DNA from: a virus
Lineage: Duplodnaviria; Heunggongvirae; Uroviricota; Caudoviricetes
Direction: 5' to 3' (one strand)
IMG/VR virus record: IMGVR_UViG_2897352509_000001
Length of the DNA stretch: 25,804 bases
A program made the position numbers and the translations under genes. Below, in pieces: positions 1-11,560 of the stretch (within the stretch, counting starts at the first letter, position 1; every line of letters begins with the position of its first letter). Below the pieces are notes generated by a model. The model ran no database searches. It saw only the letters and a program-made list of their open reading frames with translations, and was not told the DNA's origin.

Positions 1-912
1 TTACACATCATTAGTACCTTCCTTATTTTTTGACTGGGACAAATTTGGGACCGATGGGTTCAGGATCGAGTCTATTTGCCGTGCGTGTTCGGTAAGGTGA
101 TTAGGTGCAAGGTGAGCATATCGACGAACCATTTCGATAGACTCCCAGCCTCCCATTTCCTGTAACACTGACAACGGGACTCCGGCTTGAACCAGCCAAC
201 TTGCCCAGGTGTGTCTCAAGTCGTGAAATCTGAAATCATCAATACCAGCCCGTCTCAGCGCCGCTTTCCAGGCTGTGTTTGCGTCATACCGCATCTTCCT
301 TACTGTTGGCGCTTTCGTTCCGTCTGGTTTGGTACAGCTTTCCTTGTACACAAATACCCAACGGTGATGATTCCCGATTTGTTTTTTCAATACGCGACAT
401 GCAGTATCATTCAGCGCAACGCCAATTGCGCGGTTTGATTTACTCTCTTCCGGGTTTATCCATGCCACCCGGCGCTGCATATCTATTTGTTGCCATTCAA
501 GGTTGATGATGTTCGAGCGTCTTAAACCTGTTGCCAGTGCAAATTCAACAACAGACTTTAATGGCTCCGGACATTCATCAATCAGCCTTTGTGCTTCATG
601 GGGCTCCAGCCAGCGGATCCGTTTATTCTTTGGTTGAGGCACTTTAAGGAAGGTGCGAATAAGCGGGGAAATTCTTCTCGGCTGACTCAGCTTAGCAGGG
701 CCTTTATAAATGAAAGATGCGTAGCCTTCGTTGCAACGGACGCTGGTTTTGGCGTGTATTCTGGAACAGGTTTCCCTTTTTTTCTGCATGCTTCTGCCCT
801 GAGTTTCCAGTTTTCCTCATGACGCCGGTTCGTCATTTTCTGCATTGCTGAATAAATTTTTGATTCAGTAATGTCTCTTAGTTGCATTCCTGCGAAATGT
901 TGAAGCCAGAAT
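1..912 (-). pseudogene. int: Tyrosine integrase remnant (phage-21/DLP12 IntD-like), N-terminally deleted and frameshifted
   Basis: ORF 1..789 encodes the catalytic C-terminal domain ([15 protein letters not shown] ... VRRYAHL). The upstream integrase segment (IGFWLQHFAGMQLRDITESKIYSAMQKMTNRR) lies in another frame in ORF 687..974, so there is a frameshift near 645-693. The first 20 codons of ORF 687..974 are lambda N DNA read out of frame, so the integrase N-terminal arm-binding part is deleted. Confidence 0.75.
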
Positions 913-977
913 CCGATCTGCTTTCCATTGAGCCTGTTTCTCTGCGCGACGTTCGCGGCGGCGTGTTTGTGCATCCA
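913..977 (-). pseudogene. N: Antiterminator N, N-terminal stub only (MDAQTRRRERRAEKQAQWKA) fused by deletion to the integrase remnant
   Basis: The minus-strand translation in ORF 865..1110 contains the lambda N N-terminus preceded by the lambda N ribosome-binding region; sequence diverges from N after about codon 20. Confidence 0.7.
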
Positions 978-1132
978 TCTGGATTCTCCTGTTAGTTAGC
1001 TTTGGTTGTGTGTGGGAGTCGTAGTCCTGAACGAAAACACCCCGCAATGGCACATTGGCTGCTAATCCGGATTCGCACTTCCGGCCAATGCTTCGTTTCG
1101 TATCACACACACCAAAGCCTTCTGCTTTGAAT

Positions 1133-1168
1133 GCTGCCCTTCTTCAGGGCTTAATTTTTAAGAGCATC
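1133..1168 (-). promoter_or_regulatory. nutL (boxA plus boxB hairpin GCCCTGAAGAAGGGC)
   Basis: Reverse complement of 1133-1168 reads GATGCTCTTAAAAATTAAGCCCTGAAGAAGGGCAGC, which matches lambda nutL boxA/boxB as recalled. Confidence 0.7.
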
Positions 1169-1204
1169 ACCTTCATGGTGGTTAGTGCGTCCTGCTGATG
1201 TGCT

Positions 1205-1268
1205 TAGTATCACCGCTAGTGGTATTTGTGTCAACACCGCCAGAGATAATTTATCACCGCAGATGGTT
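1205..1268 (-). promoter_or_regulatory. OL1-OL2-OL3 operators with leftward PL promoter
   Basis: Three 17-bp lambda-type operator sites: tatcaccgctagtggta (1208-1224), caacaccgccagagata (1232-1248), tatcaccgcagatggtt (1252-1268). A -35 TTGACA and -10 GATACT are present on the minus strand. Confidence 0.8.
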
Positions 1269-1436
1269 ATCTGTATGTTTTTTATATAGATTTATTTTTT
1301 GCAGGGTTGTGTGGCTTGGGAGGTGATCGAGAGATCAGAATTGCGTTGTTTAGTGAGTTGCACCTATTAATTTTAAAATAAATACAATTGGTTATGAACC
1401 GCCCCGGGTTTCCTGGAGAGTGTTTTATCTGTGAAC

Positions 1437-2327
1437 TCAGGCTGCCAGATCATCGTTTCCGATGGAAGCATAATAAGCTTTTTCTGCTTCTGCCGGAGGA
1501 GTATGGCCCAGCCTTCCCAGCAATCGTCGATTGTTATACCAGTCCACCCACGTTAGTGTGGCCAGTTCCACTTCTGCACGGTTTTTCCAGCTCTTACGGT
1601 GTATTACCTCCGCTTTGTAAAGACCATTGATGCTCTCAGCCATCGCGTTGTCATACGAGTCGCCTGTACTCCCTGTTGATGCCAGTAATCCGGCTTCTTT
1701 TAGTCGCTCCGTATAGGCCAGTGACACATACTGAGAGCCTTTATCGCTGTGATGGATGGTGCCAGACGGACGACGGGCCCACAACGCCTGCTCCAGCGCA
1801 TCCAGCACGAATGTCGTTTCCATAGACGATGAGACCCGCCACCCCACGATGTATCCGGCAAACACATCAATGATAAACGCCACATAGACGAAGCCCTGCC
1901 ATGTGCTGACGTAAGTAAAATCAGCCACCCACAGCTGGTCAGGTCGTTCTGCCACGAACTGACGGTTTACGCGGTCGCCTGCGGCAACGGCTTTCCGGCT
2001 GATGGTCGTACGGACCTTTTTACCCCGGAGAACACCGGCAAGTCCCATAACCGCCATGAGACGTGCCACTGTACATCTGGCCACCCTGATTCCTTCCCGT
2101 AACAACTGACGCCAGACTTTACGCACACCGTACACCTGATGATTTTCATCGTATACGCGCTGTATCTCTCTCTTCAGCCAGTCGTCGTGCTGCGCACGGG
2201 CACTGCGTTTATCCGGATGATGTCGCTGTTGCTGACAATGGTAATACGTTGACGGGGCAATATGCAGTTCGCTGCATACCGGTCCGACCCCGTACTGCTC
2301 ACGCAGCTTATCCAGCAGTGGCATCAT
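1437..2327 (-). CDS. IS3-family transposase OrfB (DDE catalytic domain), expressed as OrfAB by -1 frameshifting
   Basis: 296-aa ORF with an integrase-core DDE region (…WVADFTYV…HSDKGSQY…[15 protein letters not shown]…). It overlaps the OrfA end in the -1 frame. Confidence 0.85.
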   Translation of the reverse strand: MMPLLDKLREQYGVGPVCSELHIAPSTYYHCQQQRHHPDKRSARAQHDDWLKREIQRVYDENHQVYGVRKVWRQLLREGIRVARCTVARLMAVMGLAGVLRGKKVRTTISRKAVAAGDRVNRQFVAERPDQLWVADFTYVSTWQGFVYVAFIIDVFAGYIVGWRVSSSMETTFVLDALEQALWARRPSGTIHHSDKGSQYVSLAYTERLKEAGLLASTGSTGDSYDNAMAESINGLYKAEVIHRKSWKNRAEVELATLTWVDWYNNRRLLGRLGHTPPAEAEKAYYASIGNDDLAA

Positions 2328-2650
2328 TTTTTCCAGAGGCGGTCGAACTCCGCCTTCGCAAAATAAGCGGAAGCCTGGCGAAGGATATCGTTACTGCGGC
2401 GCAGTTCACGATTTTCACGTTCCAGCTCTTTCAGACGCTGACGTTCAGCGCTGGTGAGCCCACCATCACCGCCCCCGGTATCCCGCTCATGCTGGCGAAC
2501 CCAGACACGCAGAGTCTCCGGCGTACAGCCAATCTTTGGGGCAATGGAACAAATTGCCGCCCACTGTGAGTCATATTCATCCTGACTTTCCAGAACCATA
2601 CGAATCGCCCGCTGACGGACTTCGGGGGAAAAACGAGTATTTTTAGTCAT
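2324..2650 (-). CDS. IS3-family transposase OrfA (helix-turn-helix / leucine-zipper part)
   Basis: 108-aa [18 protein letters not shown]...RLWKK, matching IS629 OrfA as recalled. It ends in an A6 run where a -1 shift enters the OrfB frame. Confidence 0.85.
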   Translation of the reverse strand: MTKNTRFSPEVRQRAIRMVLESQDEYDSQWAAICSIAPKIGCTPETLRVWVRQHERDTGGGDGGLTSAERQRLKELERENRELRRSNDILRQASAYFAKAEFDRLWKK

Positions 2651-2704
2651 CCTGTTTACCTCTTTCTCAGGGAGTTTAGTCTCCAGGATTTCCGGGGCGG
2701 TTCA

Positions 2705-3059
2705 TTATGGCTGTTTTTCGAGTTTTTCTTAACTCTTCATGCAGCTCCGTTCTCAGAATATATGATTTTTCGAGTTTGAAATTCTTGCGACCAGGCGTCT
2801 TATTGCCAGGCTCAGGAAGTGGAAGGCGTGTTTGAATGTCGAGTGGTGGACAGTCATAGAAGTAAATTCTATAAAGCTCAAGCGGTTCCCTACGTTCTTG
2901 TGATTGACGTTTTCCATTAAGATGGGAAAGAACCATTGACCATATTACTTTCATTATGCATTGCGCAGTCAGTTCATGCTCGGCGAAGTGTTTACGATGC
3001 GTAGCATGAACACGCTGCATGAAAAAACCCGCATCAATTAAAATTGCTGCTTTCTTCAT
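2705..3059 (-). pseudogene. Accessory gene at the rexAB position of the immunity region, 3' end cut by the IS629 insertion; possible PIN/NYN-like fold
   Basis: ORF 2676..3059 starts MKKAAILIDAGFF... and its last residues read into the IS terminus. Joining the flanks across the IS restores a roughly 150-codon ORF. It is not RexA or RexB. The PIN/NYN assignment rests only on the N-terminal strand and is weak. Confidence 0.5.
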
Positions 3060-3070
3060 AAGAGTCCCAA

Positions 3071-3135
3071 AAAAATAGCCCAGAGCCGTTATGCAGATAT
3101 TAACAATTGTCTGCGAACGGGGCTGGGCTTGGTTT
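3071..3135 (-). terminator. Candidate intrinsic terminator downstream of cI (imperfect hairpin followed by a T-run on the minus strand)
   Basis: Inverted repeat CCGTTATGCAGA...TCTGCGAACGG with flanking CCCAG/CTGGG; plus-strand A7 at 3071-3077 gives a U-run after the hairpin on the minus strand. Confidence 0.35.
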
Positions 3136-3186
3136 AATTAATCTATGCCAAGTTGACTGTGCCGTCAACATAAAACTTACTTCCTA

Positions 3187-3903
<717 letters not shown>

Positions 3904-3910
3904 TTAAATC

Positions 3911-3974
3911 TATCACCGCAAGGGATAAATATCTAACACCGCGCGTGTTGACTGCTTTACCTCTGGCGGTGATA
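3911..3974. promoter_or_regulatory. OR3-OR2-OR1 operators with divergent PRM and PR promoters
   Basis: tatcaccgcaagggata (3911-3927), taacaccgcgcgtgttg (3934-3950), tacctctggcggtgata (3958-3974). PR -35 TTGACT and -10 GATAAT lie upstream of cro. Confidence 0.9.
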
Positions 3975-3991
3975 ATGGTTGCATGTACTAA

Positions 3992-4201
<210 letters not shown>

Positions 4202-4209
4202 ATAACCCC

Positions 4210-4241
4210 GCTCTTACACATTCCAGCCCTGAAAAAGGGCA
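4210..4241 (+). promoter_or_regulatory. nutR (boxA CGCTCTTAC plus boxB hairpin AGCCCTGAAAAAGGGCA)
   Basis: Exact lambda nutR elements as recalled, between cro and cII. Confidence 0.8.
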
Positions 4242-4319
4242 TCCAATTAAACCACACCTATGGTGTATGCATTTATTTGCATACATTCAATCAATTGTTA
4301 TCTAAGGAAATACTTACAT

Positions 4320-4613
4320 ATGGTTCGTGCAAACAAACGCAACGAGGCTCTACGAATCGAGAGTGCGTTGCTTAACAAAATCGCAATGCTTGGAACTGAG
4401 AAGACAGCGGAAGCTGTGGGAGTTGATAAGTCGCAGATCAGCAGGTGGAAGAGAGACTGGATTCCAAAGTTCTCAATGCTGCTTGCTGTTCTTGAATGGG
4501 GGGTCGTTGACGACGACATGGCTCGATTGGCGCGACAAGTTGCTGCGATTCTCACCAATAAAAAACGCCCGGCGGCAACCGAGCGTTCTGAACAAATCCA
4601 GATGGAGTTCTGA
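4320..4613 (+). CDS. cII: CII transcriptional activator
   Basis: 97-aa ORF from ATG 4320: MVRANKRNEALRIESALLNK...EQIQMEF, lambda CII as recalled. The listed ORF 4260..4613 is an upstream extension. Confidence 0.9.
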   Translation: MVRANKRNEALRIESALLNKIAMLGTEKTAEAVGVDKSQISRWKRDWIPKFSMLLAVLEWGVVDDDMARLARQVAAILTNKKRPAATERSEQIQMEF

Positions 4614-4645
4614 GGTCATTACTGGATCTATCAACAGGAGTCATT

Positions 4646-5568
4646 ATGACAAATACAGCAAAAATACTCAACTTCGGCAGAGGTAACTTTGCCGGACAGG
4701 AGCGTAATGTGGCAGATCTCGATGATGGTTACGCCAGACTATCAAATATGCTGCTTGAGGCTTATTCGGGCGCAGATCTGACCAAGCGACAGTTTAAAGT
4801 GCTGCTTGCCATTCTGCGTAAAACCTATGGGTGGAATAAACCAATGGACAGAATCACCGATTCTCAACTTAGCGAGATTACAAAGTTACCTGTCAAACGG
4901 TGCAATGAAGCCAAGTTAGAACTCGTCAGAATGAATATTATCAAGCAGCAAGGCGGCATGTTTGGACCAAATAAAAACATCTCAGAATGGTGTATCCCTC
5001 AAAACGAGGGAAAATCCCCTAAAACGAGGGATAAAACATCCCTCAAATTGGGGGATTGCTATCCCTCAAATTGGGGGATTGCTATCCCTCAAAACAGGGG
5101 GACACAAAAGACACTATTACAAAAGAAAAAAGAAAAGATTATTCGTCCGAGAATTCTGGCGAATCCTCTGACCAGCCAGAAAACGATCTTTCTGTGGTTA
5201 AACCGGATGCTGCAATTCAGAGCGGCAGCAAGTGGGGAACAGCAGAAGACCTGACCGCCGCAGAGTGGATGTTTGACATGGTGAAGACCATCGCGCCATC
5301 AGCCAGAAAACCGAATTTTGCTGGGTGGGCTAACGATATCCGCCTGATGCGTGAACGTGACGGACGTAACCACCGCGATATGTGTGTGCTTTTCCGCTGG
5401 GCCTGCCAGGACAACTTCTGGTCCGGTAACGTGCTGAGTCCGGCCAAACTCCGCGACAAGTGGACCCAGCTCGAAATCAACCGTAACAAGCAACAGGCAG
5501 GCGTGACAGCCAGCAAACCAAAACTCGACCTGACAAACACTGACTGGATTTACGGGGTGGATTTATGA
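4646..5568 (+). pseudogene. O: Replication initiator O, frameshifted by a 23-bp duplication of one ori iteron
   Basis: The N-terminal part (ORF 4646..5254) and the C-terminal part (ORF 5056..5568, ...WIYGVDL) are in different frames. The switch falls exactly where the 23-bp unit atccctcaaattgggggattgct occurs twice in tandem (5038-5060 and 5061-5083). The total span is 23 bp longer than the 900-bp lambda O as recalled. Confidence 0.75.
4994..5100 (+). repeat. Lambda-type replication origin iterons, five copies instead of the four recalled for lambda, followed by an AT-rich stretch
   Basis: Direct repeats of ATCCCTCAAAAC/ATTG-GGGG type at 4994, 5014, 5038, 5061 and 5084; the third and fourth are identical 23-bp units. 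Confidence 0.8.
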
Positions 5569-5876
5569 AAAACATCGCCGCACAGATGGTTAACTTTGAC
5601 CGTGAGCAGATGCGTCGGATCGCCAACATCGATAACCAGGACATGACGATATCGGTCTGGGTCTTTCCTGATACTGATATTTCAGATGTATCGCGTGAGT
5701 TAATTGCGGCAATTAAACAGGGGTATCTAACAGTAAAAGCCGCCGGGGTATGGGCGGGGGGCATTGAAACACCTTCGGTGGAAACTCCATCGGAAGGCTC
5801 TAAATTTTTTGGTTTTGATATGGATAACGAATTCATCAGTGGTTTTGATGTAGGGGCATGGGGAGTATTACTCTGA
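5565..5876 (+). CDS. Chimeric ORF: first 21 codons of replication protein P fused by deletion to the C-terminal end of a tail/baseplate protein
   Basis: [21 protein letters not shown] is the lambda P N-terminus; the sequence diverges at about 5628 into unrelated tail-module coding sequence. Its stop overlaps the next start (TGATG). Confidence 0.6.
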   Translation: MKNIAAQMVNFDREQMRRIANIDNQDMTISVWVFPDTDISDVSRELIAAIKQGYLTVKAAGVWAGGIETPSVETPSEGSKFFGFDMDNEFISGFDVGAWGVLL

Positions 5877-6670
5877 TGGCGAAAAATGACTTTAAAGCGT
5901 TTGCAACTGATCGAAATGCCAATGTTATGTCGCAGGAGGAATGGGAAGCGTTGCCTGCGCTTATATCCGGATTTACAGCAGGGAAAGCATCCAGTGCGCA
6001 AGTCAATAAGGTTATTCGGCAGGCCAGCTTTATTGCTGCAGCTCTGGCCCAGTTTGTAAGTGATAAAACGCAACGGGATGTGCTTGATAATGGTGATCTG
6101 CCCGGTTGGCACGACCAGCTGCTTACCGCGCTTCGTGCGCTGCTGTTAAGCCGCAAGAATCCGTTTGGCGATATCAAATCGGATGGCACGGTGAAAACGG
6201 CTCTCGAAAACCTTGGTTTGGGAGAAGGTGCTCCAGCTATTGGCGTTCCGTTCTTCTGGCCGTCCGCTGCAATGCCAAATACTGTAATCGACAGCTGGTC
6301 CTGTATGGTGTTTTTGAAGTTCAACGGCGCGAAATTCTCTGCCACTGATTATCCTGTGCTGGCGAAAGTGTTTCCTTCGCTGGTATTACCTGAAGCCCGC
6401 GGTGATTTCATTCGTATCTGGGATGACGGGCGAGGTGCAGACGGTGGTCGCGAATTATTAAGCTGGCAGGCAGCTACAAACTTTTCTCAGTTTGCCGGGA
6501 ATATAGGCGAAGGTGCGGGACACGCAATTAACTTTCATGATGGCATCGCCGGAAATCAGCCAGGATTTTCACGATTTAATTTCACCAGTAACTCTGTGGG
6601 TGATGGTGTGAATTTTGTTGCAGTCAGACCGCGAAATATTGCATTTAACTTTCTGGTGAGGGCTAAATAA
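5858..6670 (+). CDS. stf: Side tail fibre protein (Mu S / P2 H / e14 StfE-like); the C-terminal part lies inside the invertible segment
   Basis: 270-aa ORF with tail-fibre hallmarks (...[28 protein letters not shown]...). The start may instead be the ATG at 5876, which is coupled to the upstream stop. The Pin crossover site sits inside the ORF at 6204-6226. Confidence 0.75.
   Translation: MGSITLMAKNDFKAFATDRNANVMSQEEWEALPALISGFTAGKASSAQVNKVIRQASFIAAALAQFVSDKTQRDVLDNGDLPGWHDQLLTALRALLLSRKNPFGDIKSDGTVKTALENLGLGEGAPAIGVPFFWPSAAMPNTVIDSWSCMVFLKFNGAKFSATDYPVLAKVFPSLVLPEARGDFIRIWDDGRGADGGRELLSWQAATNFSQFAGNIGEGAGHAINFHDGIAGNQPGFSRFNFTSNSVGDGVNFVAVRPRNIAFNFLVRAK
6204..6226. repeat. Left recombination site of the Pin invertible segment (gix/pix-like)
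   Basis: tcgaaaaccttggtttgggagaa matches the reverse complement of 8059-8084 at 20 of 23 positions, so the two form inverted repeats flanking a ~1.85 kb segment. Confidence 0.7.
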
Positions 6671-7263
6671 TGAAACCTGTTTTTGATGAAAATGGGCTGG
6701 CTACAGTGCCGGGCGATATGCGTTGTTTTTATTATGATGCTGAAACATCTGAGTATACGGGCTGGTCTGATGAATATATTAATACTGGCGTAAGTATGCC
6801 CGCCTGTTCCACTGGTATTGACCCTGGCGAAAACATTCCGGGAAGAGTGGCAGTATTTACAGGTAAGGGATGGAGCCATGAAGAAGACCATCGCAATGAG
6901 ACTGTTTACTCAATCGAAAATGGCGCAGCTGTTACAGTGGATTATATCGGTGCCATCAAAGACGGTTATGTCACGATTTCACCGTTAACGCCATACGATA
7001 AATGGGATGGTGAAAAATGGGTGACAGATACTGAGGCACAACACGGTGCCGCAGTAGAAGCGGCAGAAGCACAGCGCCAGTCACTGATTGATGCAGCAAT
7101 GGCTTCCATCAGTCTGATTCAACTGAAATTGCAGGCCGGACGTAAACTGACGCAGGCAGAAACAACCAGACTTAACGCTGTGCTGGATTACATTGACGCG
7201 GTGACGGCAACAGATACCAGCACCGCGCCGGATGTCATCTGGCCTGAACTGCCGGAGGCGTAG
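6670..7263 (+). CDS. tfa: Tail fibre assembly protein (Tfa / Mu U-like)
   Basis: 197-aa ORF whose start overlaps the stf stop (TAATG). Shares the conserved Tfa C-terminal motif (...LDYIDA...TSTAPDVIWPELPEA) with the inverted copy at 7235-7687. Confidence 0.8.
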   Translation: MKPVFDENGLATVPGDMRCFYYDAETSEYTGWSDEYINTGVSMPACSTGIDPGENIPGRVAVFTGKGWSHEEDHRNETVYSIENGAAVTVDYIGAIKDGYVTISPLTPYDKWDGEKWVTDTEAQHGAAVEAAEAQRQSLIDAAMASISLIQLKLQAGRKLTQAETTRLNAVLDYIDAVTATDTSTAPDVIWPELPEA

Positions 7264-7687
7264 GCCATTCAATATCTGGCGCACTGGAGGTATCAACCAG
7301 TTCCAGTGCGTCCAGATAATCCAGCCACAAATTATATTGCGCCAGTTCCTCACCTTTCAGACGACCAATAGCGGCTTTACCGGGCCATTGCTTACTGTTC
7401 ATGTATTCGTTGGCCTGGTTAATTAGTAGCTGTCTTTCTGATTCAGTAATTTCAATAAGCTCTTCATGCGTGGGTGGAGGAATATCTGCCCACGCAGGCA
7501 GCCCATCATCTCCGGCAATACGGATTTTTCCTTGTGGCGGTTCAGCCATAAACTCACTGATAATATTTTGATTTACTTCCTTAGCGTCTGATAAATCCCA
7601 TCCCTCTGATTTATATTTATCAATCATATCCACAGGGAAAAAAGCATTATGCCTTGCGCTATAAACATATTCGTCCATATAAATCAC
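7235..7687 (-). CDS. Alternative tail fibre assembly protein (Tfa') in inverted orientation
   Basis: 150-aa ORF ending ...LDYLDALELVDTSSAPDIEWPTPPAVQAR, paralogous to the Tfa C-terminus; convergent with tfa as in Mu G, P1 C and e14 P segments. Confidence 0.75.
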   Translation of the reverse strand: MIYMDEYVYSARHNAFFPVDMIDKYKSEGWDLSDAKEVNQNIISEFMAEPPQGKIRIAGDDGLPAWADIPPPTHEELIEITESERQLLINQANEYMNSKQWPGKAAIGRLKGEELAQYNLWLDYLDALELVDTSSAPDIEWPTPPAVQAR

Positions 7688-7698
7688 CCTGAATAAAA

Positions 7699-8058
7699 TT
7701 ACTCACCAACAGCCCACCAACTGTAATTCATCGATACCGTGTCGCTGGTTGATGACGTTCTGTAAGCAGAATTAAAGCCGGTTAACGTTGGGCCTTCTGC
7801 AGTCATCACGAACCCTCGCCCAGCGCCTAAAGGCGCACCGCCATCACCAGAATGAGTAAGCATGGCGCAGTCCGCTTTTTTGGGGAAAGGGATGCTGAAT
7901 GTAATTCTCATTGTTTGCGTCGATAATGTCGGCGTAACCGCACCACGACCATATTGCAGGATTTTCCCGTTGGGTAATTTCATCCATCCATCACCACTGG
8001 CAAAAGAGGCCATGTCCGGTATCTGATTTTCCCCTGTCCCCACATCCCGTTTTGCCGC
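7699..8058 (-). CDS. Alternative tail fibre variable C-terminal segment (Sv'), promoterless in this orientation
   Basis: Minus-strand ORF 7699..8112 encodes a tail-fibre tip-like sequence with no credible start. It would fuse to the constant stf part after inversion. The segment boundary is set at the right recombination site. Confidence 0.6.
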   Translation of the reverse strand, partial: AAKRDVGTGENQIPDMASFASGDGWMKLPNGKILQYGRGAVTPTLSTQTMRITFSIPFPKKADCAMLTHSGDGGAPLGAGRGFVMTAEGPTLTGFNSAYRTSSTSDTVSMNYSWWAVGE

Positions 8059-8084
8059 TTCTCCCAAACCAACGTTTATGAAAA
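8059..8084. repeat. Right recombination site of the Pin invertible segment
   Basis: ttctcccaaaccaacgtttatgaaaa, inverted relative to 6204-6226, lying immediately upstream of pin. Confidence 0.7.
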
Positions 8085-8138
8085 TGCAGAAATAACGAGC
8101 AAATGGCATCATTCCTGCTTTTGTCAGGGGGATCTACC

Positions 8139-9619
<1,481 letters not shown>

Positions 9620-9702
9620 CTAACCCTTTGAATTTACATAGCGCAAAAAGATACCTTTCCTCATAATGTGAGCTAATTTTATGTTTCGTTTGATGATCGG
9701 GT

Positions 9703-9764
9703 CGGTCTCGAAAACCGGAGTAGGGGCAACTCTACCGGGGGTTCAAATCCCCCTCTCTCCGCCA
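9703..9764 (+). other. tRNA-Ser(CGA) 3' fragment (serU-like, anticodon arm to CCA), probable prophage right attachment-site remnant
   Basis: CGGTCTCGAAAACCGGAGTAGGGGCAACTCTACCGGGGGTTCAAATCCCCCTCTCTCCGCCA matches the 3' ~62 nt of E. coli serU as recalled. No complementary 5' acceptor strand (GGAGAGA) occurs upstream, so this is not a complete tRNA. Confidence 0.75.
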
Positions 9765-10346
9765 CTTTATCAATGACTTATCTCCCGACTTCCCGTCTTG
9801 CTTTTCCTAAACAGAACAATCGTAGAATATTCTTGAAGGGTTAGATCGTCACTGTTTTCTGTTCGATACTGTGACATTCAGCACTTGATTCGCTATGGAT
9901 CTGACAGGAAGGTTTTGAGCGAAAATCTGCAGTTATTCAGTCGTTTTCTTATCGGTCACCATTATTCTTTTAGACATTGATCCTACAAAGCTGCCGCAAA
10001 GTTGGTGGTGGGAACTGAAGTTGCGTAGAGAAGGGGTCAATACCCGGAGGCAAACATGGGCTGGCAAAAGTGTAGCGGTATTAGGCGCAGCTATTTAGCC
10101 TAGTTATGTTTTATGAAAACTTGATATCATATAAGTGTCTTACTTATTGGCTGTAAATAAGTTTTTCCTAAGGAATTGTTTCTTGAGTATCATTTGTAAC
10201 TGTAACGGAATTTATAATCCTTTGCTTTATTGTTACGGTATTTTTTATCACACCCTATTTTTAGTGGTTTTTTATACTGAAGTTTGGCAAAGTGAACTTT
10301 ATATACATATACTTCATCCTGGTTTCAGTTAAATTGGGGGGATGAT

Positions 10347-11090
10347 ATGGCAACTACATGTTCAGTTATATTGATTTTGGAGTCCTTTGATGTTTATTTC
10401 GGAAAAGAGAGTGTGTTTCTGGAGAGAGGTTCATCTGTACTTGTCGACTCTAGCTCTAGAGATTTTTTCCTGACATATCCTGAAAGAGTGATAGTGGCGG
10501 ATTTTGGCGCTGAGTTTATTAGTCGCTATTTGAAAGCTAATAACTTAAGGGATATTTCTGATTGTAGGGAATATCCATCTTATTTAAAAATAAACTTTGC
10601 TGACTTCAGTTTAATTAAAGGATTAATTAGTTGGGCTAATCACTGTGCTGAATACATAGAAATTTTTGATGAGTCTATTGCTTTTACATGTCTCTCTGCA
10701 TTTTCTTCTGAAAAACAATTTGGAGTATTTCTGTTTGGATGTTTGAAAAGCACAGGGGCTAAAGTTAAAACGATTATTCATACGGATTTATCTGCACCAT
10801 GGCGTCTTAAGGATATATCATCAAGATTATATCTCAGCGAAAGTTTACTAAAGAGGAAATTGAAAGAAGAGGGGGTATCATTCAGTAAGATCATACTTGA
10901 TGAGAGGATGCAAATGGCTGAATATTTACTCAGCACTCGTTGTTATCCTATTAGTAAAGTAGCTAAGGTCTGTGGTTATGCCAGTGTCTCATACTTTACT
11001 TATGTATTTAGACGTTATTTTGGTGTTTCTCCAAGTCAATACTCTCAGAGGAGTTCAGAAAGTAAAATTCTTACTCACCAGGGAATCTGA
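10347..11090 (+). CDS. AraC-family transcriptional regulator (AppY/GadX-like), in an AT-rich island
   Basis: 247-aa ORF with a C-terminal AraC-type double HTH (...ISKVAKVCGYASVSYFTYVFRRYFGVSPSQY). Low GC and a long AT-rich upstream region point to horizontal acquisition. Confidence 0.8.
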   Translation: MATTCSVILILESFDVYFGKESVFLERGSSVLVDSSSRDFFLTYPERVIVADFGAEFISRYLKANNLRDISDCREYPSYLKINFADFSLIKGLISWANHCAEYIEIFDESIAFTCLSAFSSEKQFGVFLFGCLKSTGAKVKTIIHTDLSAPWRLKDISSRLYLSESLLKRKLKEEGVSFSKIILDERMQMAEYLLSTRCYPISKVAKVCGYASVSYFTYVFRRYFGVSPSQYSQRSSESKILTHQGI

Positions 11091-11092
11091 TC

Positions 11093-11560
11093 ATTGTTCT
11101 TGCCCCCTTATTTCCAGACAGGGGGGGTATCTTAAGTTAACGTTACCCGCTGACGTCGATATTCTCGCGGAGAGCGATAACCCAACGCACTGTGCGGATG
11201 GTTTTCATTGTAATGTTCGATCGCCACTGCAAGATTATGCAATGCCGTTCTTACATTCGGTTTCGGCATGAACGCGATGTAGTCTTCCTTCATCGTTTTC
11301 ACGAACCTTTCTGCAATTCCATTACTCTGAGGACTGCTGATTGCCGTTGTGCAGGGCTCCAGATTCAACTCTCTGGCGAACTGCCGTGTTTCATGCGCTC
11401 TATACGCTGAACCGTTATCTGTCAGCCACTGGATGGACTGTTCCGGTACTTTATCGCCAAAGCGTTTTTCTATCGCTCCTAACATGACATCCTGCACTGT
11501 CGCTTTATCGTAACCTCCCGTGCTTGCGGCCCAGTCTATGGCTTCACGATCGCAACAGGC
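11093..11560 (-). mobile_element. IS2-family (IS3 superfamily) remnant: outer end plus the 3' third of the transposase gene
   Basis: The terminus ttgcccccttatttccagaca resembles the IS2 end. The minus-strand translation matches the IS2 InsD C-terminus (...TVQDVMLGA...WLTDNGS.YRA.ETRQFAR...[12 protein letters not shown]) and extends back to CCDREA with no start codon. Homology breaks at about 11560. Confidence 0.75.
11132..11497 (-). pseudogene. Truncated IS2-like transposase OrfB (C-terminal part)
   Basis: 121-aa [51 protein letters not shown]..., equivalent to the last ~125 residues of InsD; the upstream part is interrupted by stops. Confidence 0.75.

Larger units (their letters stand above)
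1395..2704 (-). mobile_element. IS629/IS1203-like insertion sequence (IS3 family), 1310 bp, apparently intact
   Basis: Terminal inverted repeats TGAACCGCCCCGGGTTTCCTGGAGA at 1395 and its complement ending at 2704. Flanked by a 3-bp direct repeat TTA (1392-1394 and 2705-2707). Carries OrfA and OrfB. Confidence 0.85.

Noticed and set aside
4994-5100. Short direct repeats that could be mistaken for a CRISPR array
   Set aside because: The repeats are 17-23 bp lambda ori iterons inside the O coding frame, with no regular unique spacers and no leader or cas genes nearby. No CRISPR array was found anywhere in the window.
5477-6345. Long antisense ORFs (5477..6112 and 5836..6345, minus strand)
   Set aside because: They overlap the well-supported plus-strand O and stf genes, have no RBS or recognisable motifs, and look like ordinary antisense frames of coding sequence.
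7699-8112. Full 137-aa extent of the minus-strand ORF running through the right Pin recombination site
   Set aside because: The part beyond 8058 crosses the recombination site and pin start region with no start codon context; only the segment inside the invertible region is taken as tail-fibre coding sequence.
9703-9764. Complete tRNA-Ser gene
   Set aside because: Only the 3' ~62 nt match; no 5' acceptor strand or D-arm lies upstream, so it was reported as an attachment-site fragment. The same holds for the tRNA-Thr-like sequence at 11848-11893.
10135-10332. 65-aa ORF upstream of the AraC-family gene
   Set aside because: It lies in an extremely AT-rich probable promoter region, and its translation is dominated by Phe/Leu/Tyr/Asn from AT-rich codons with no RBS.
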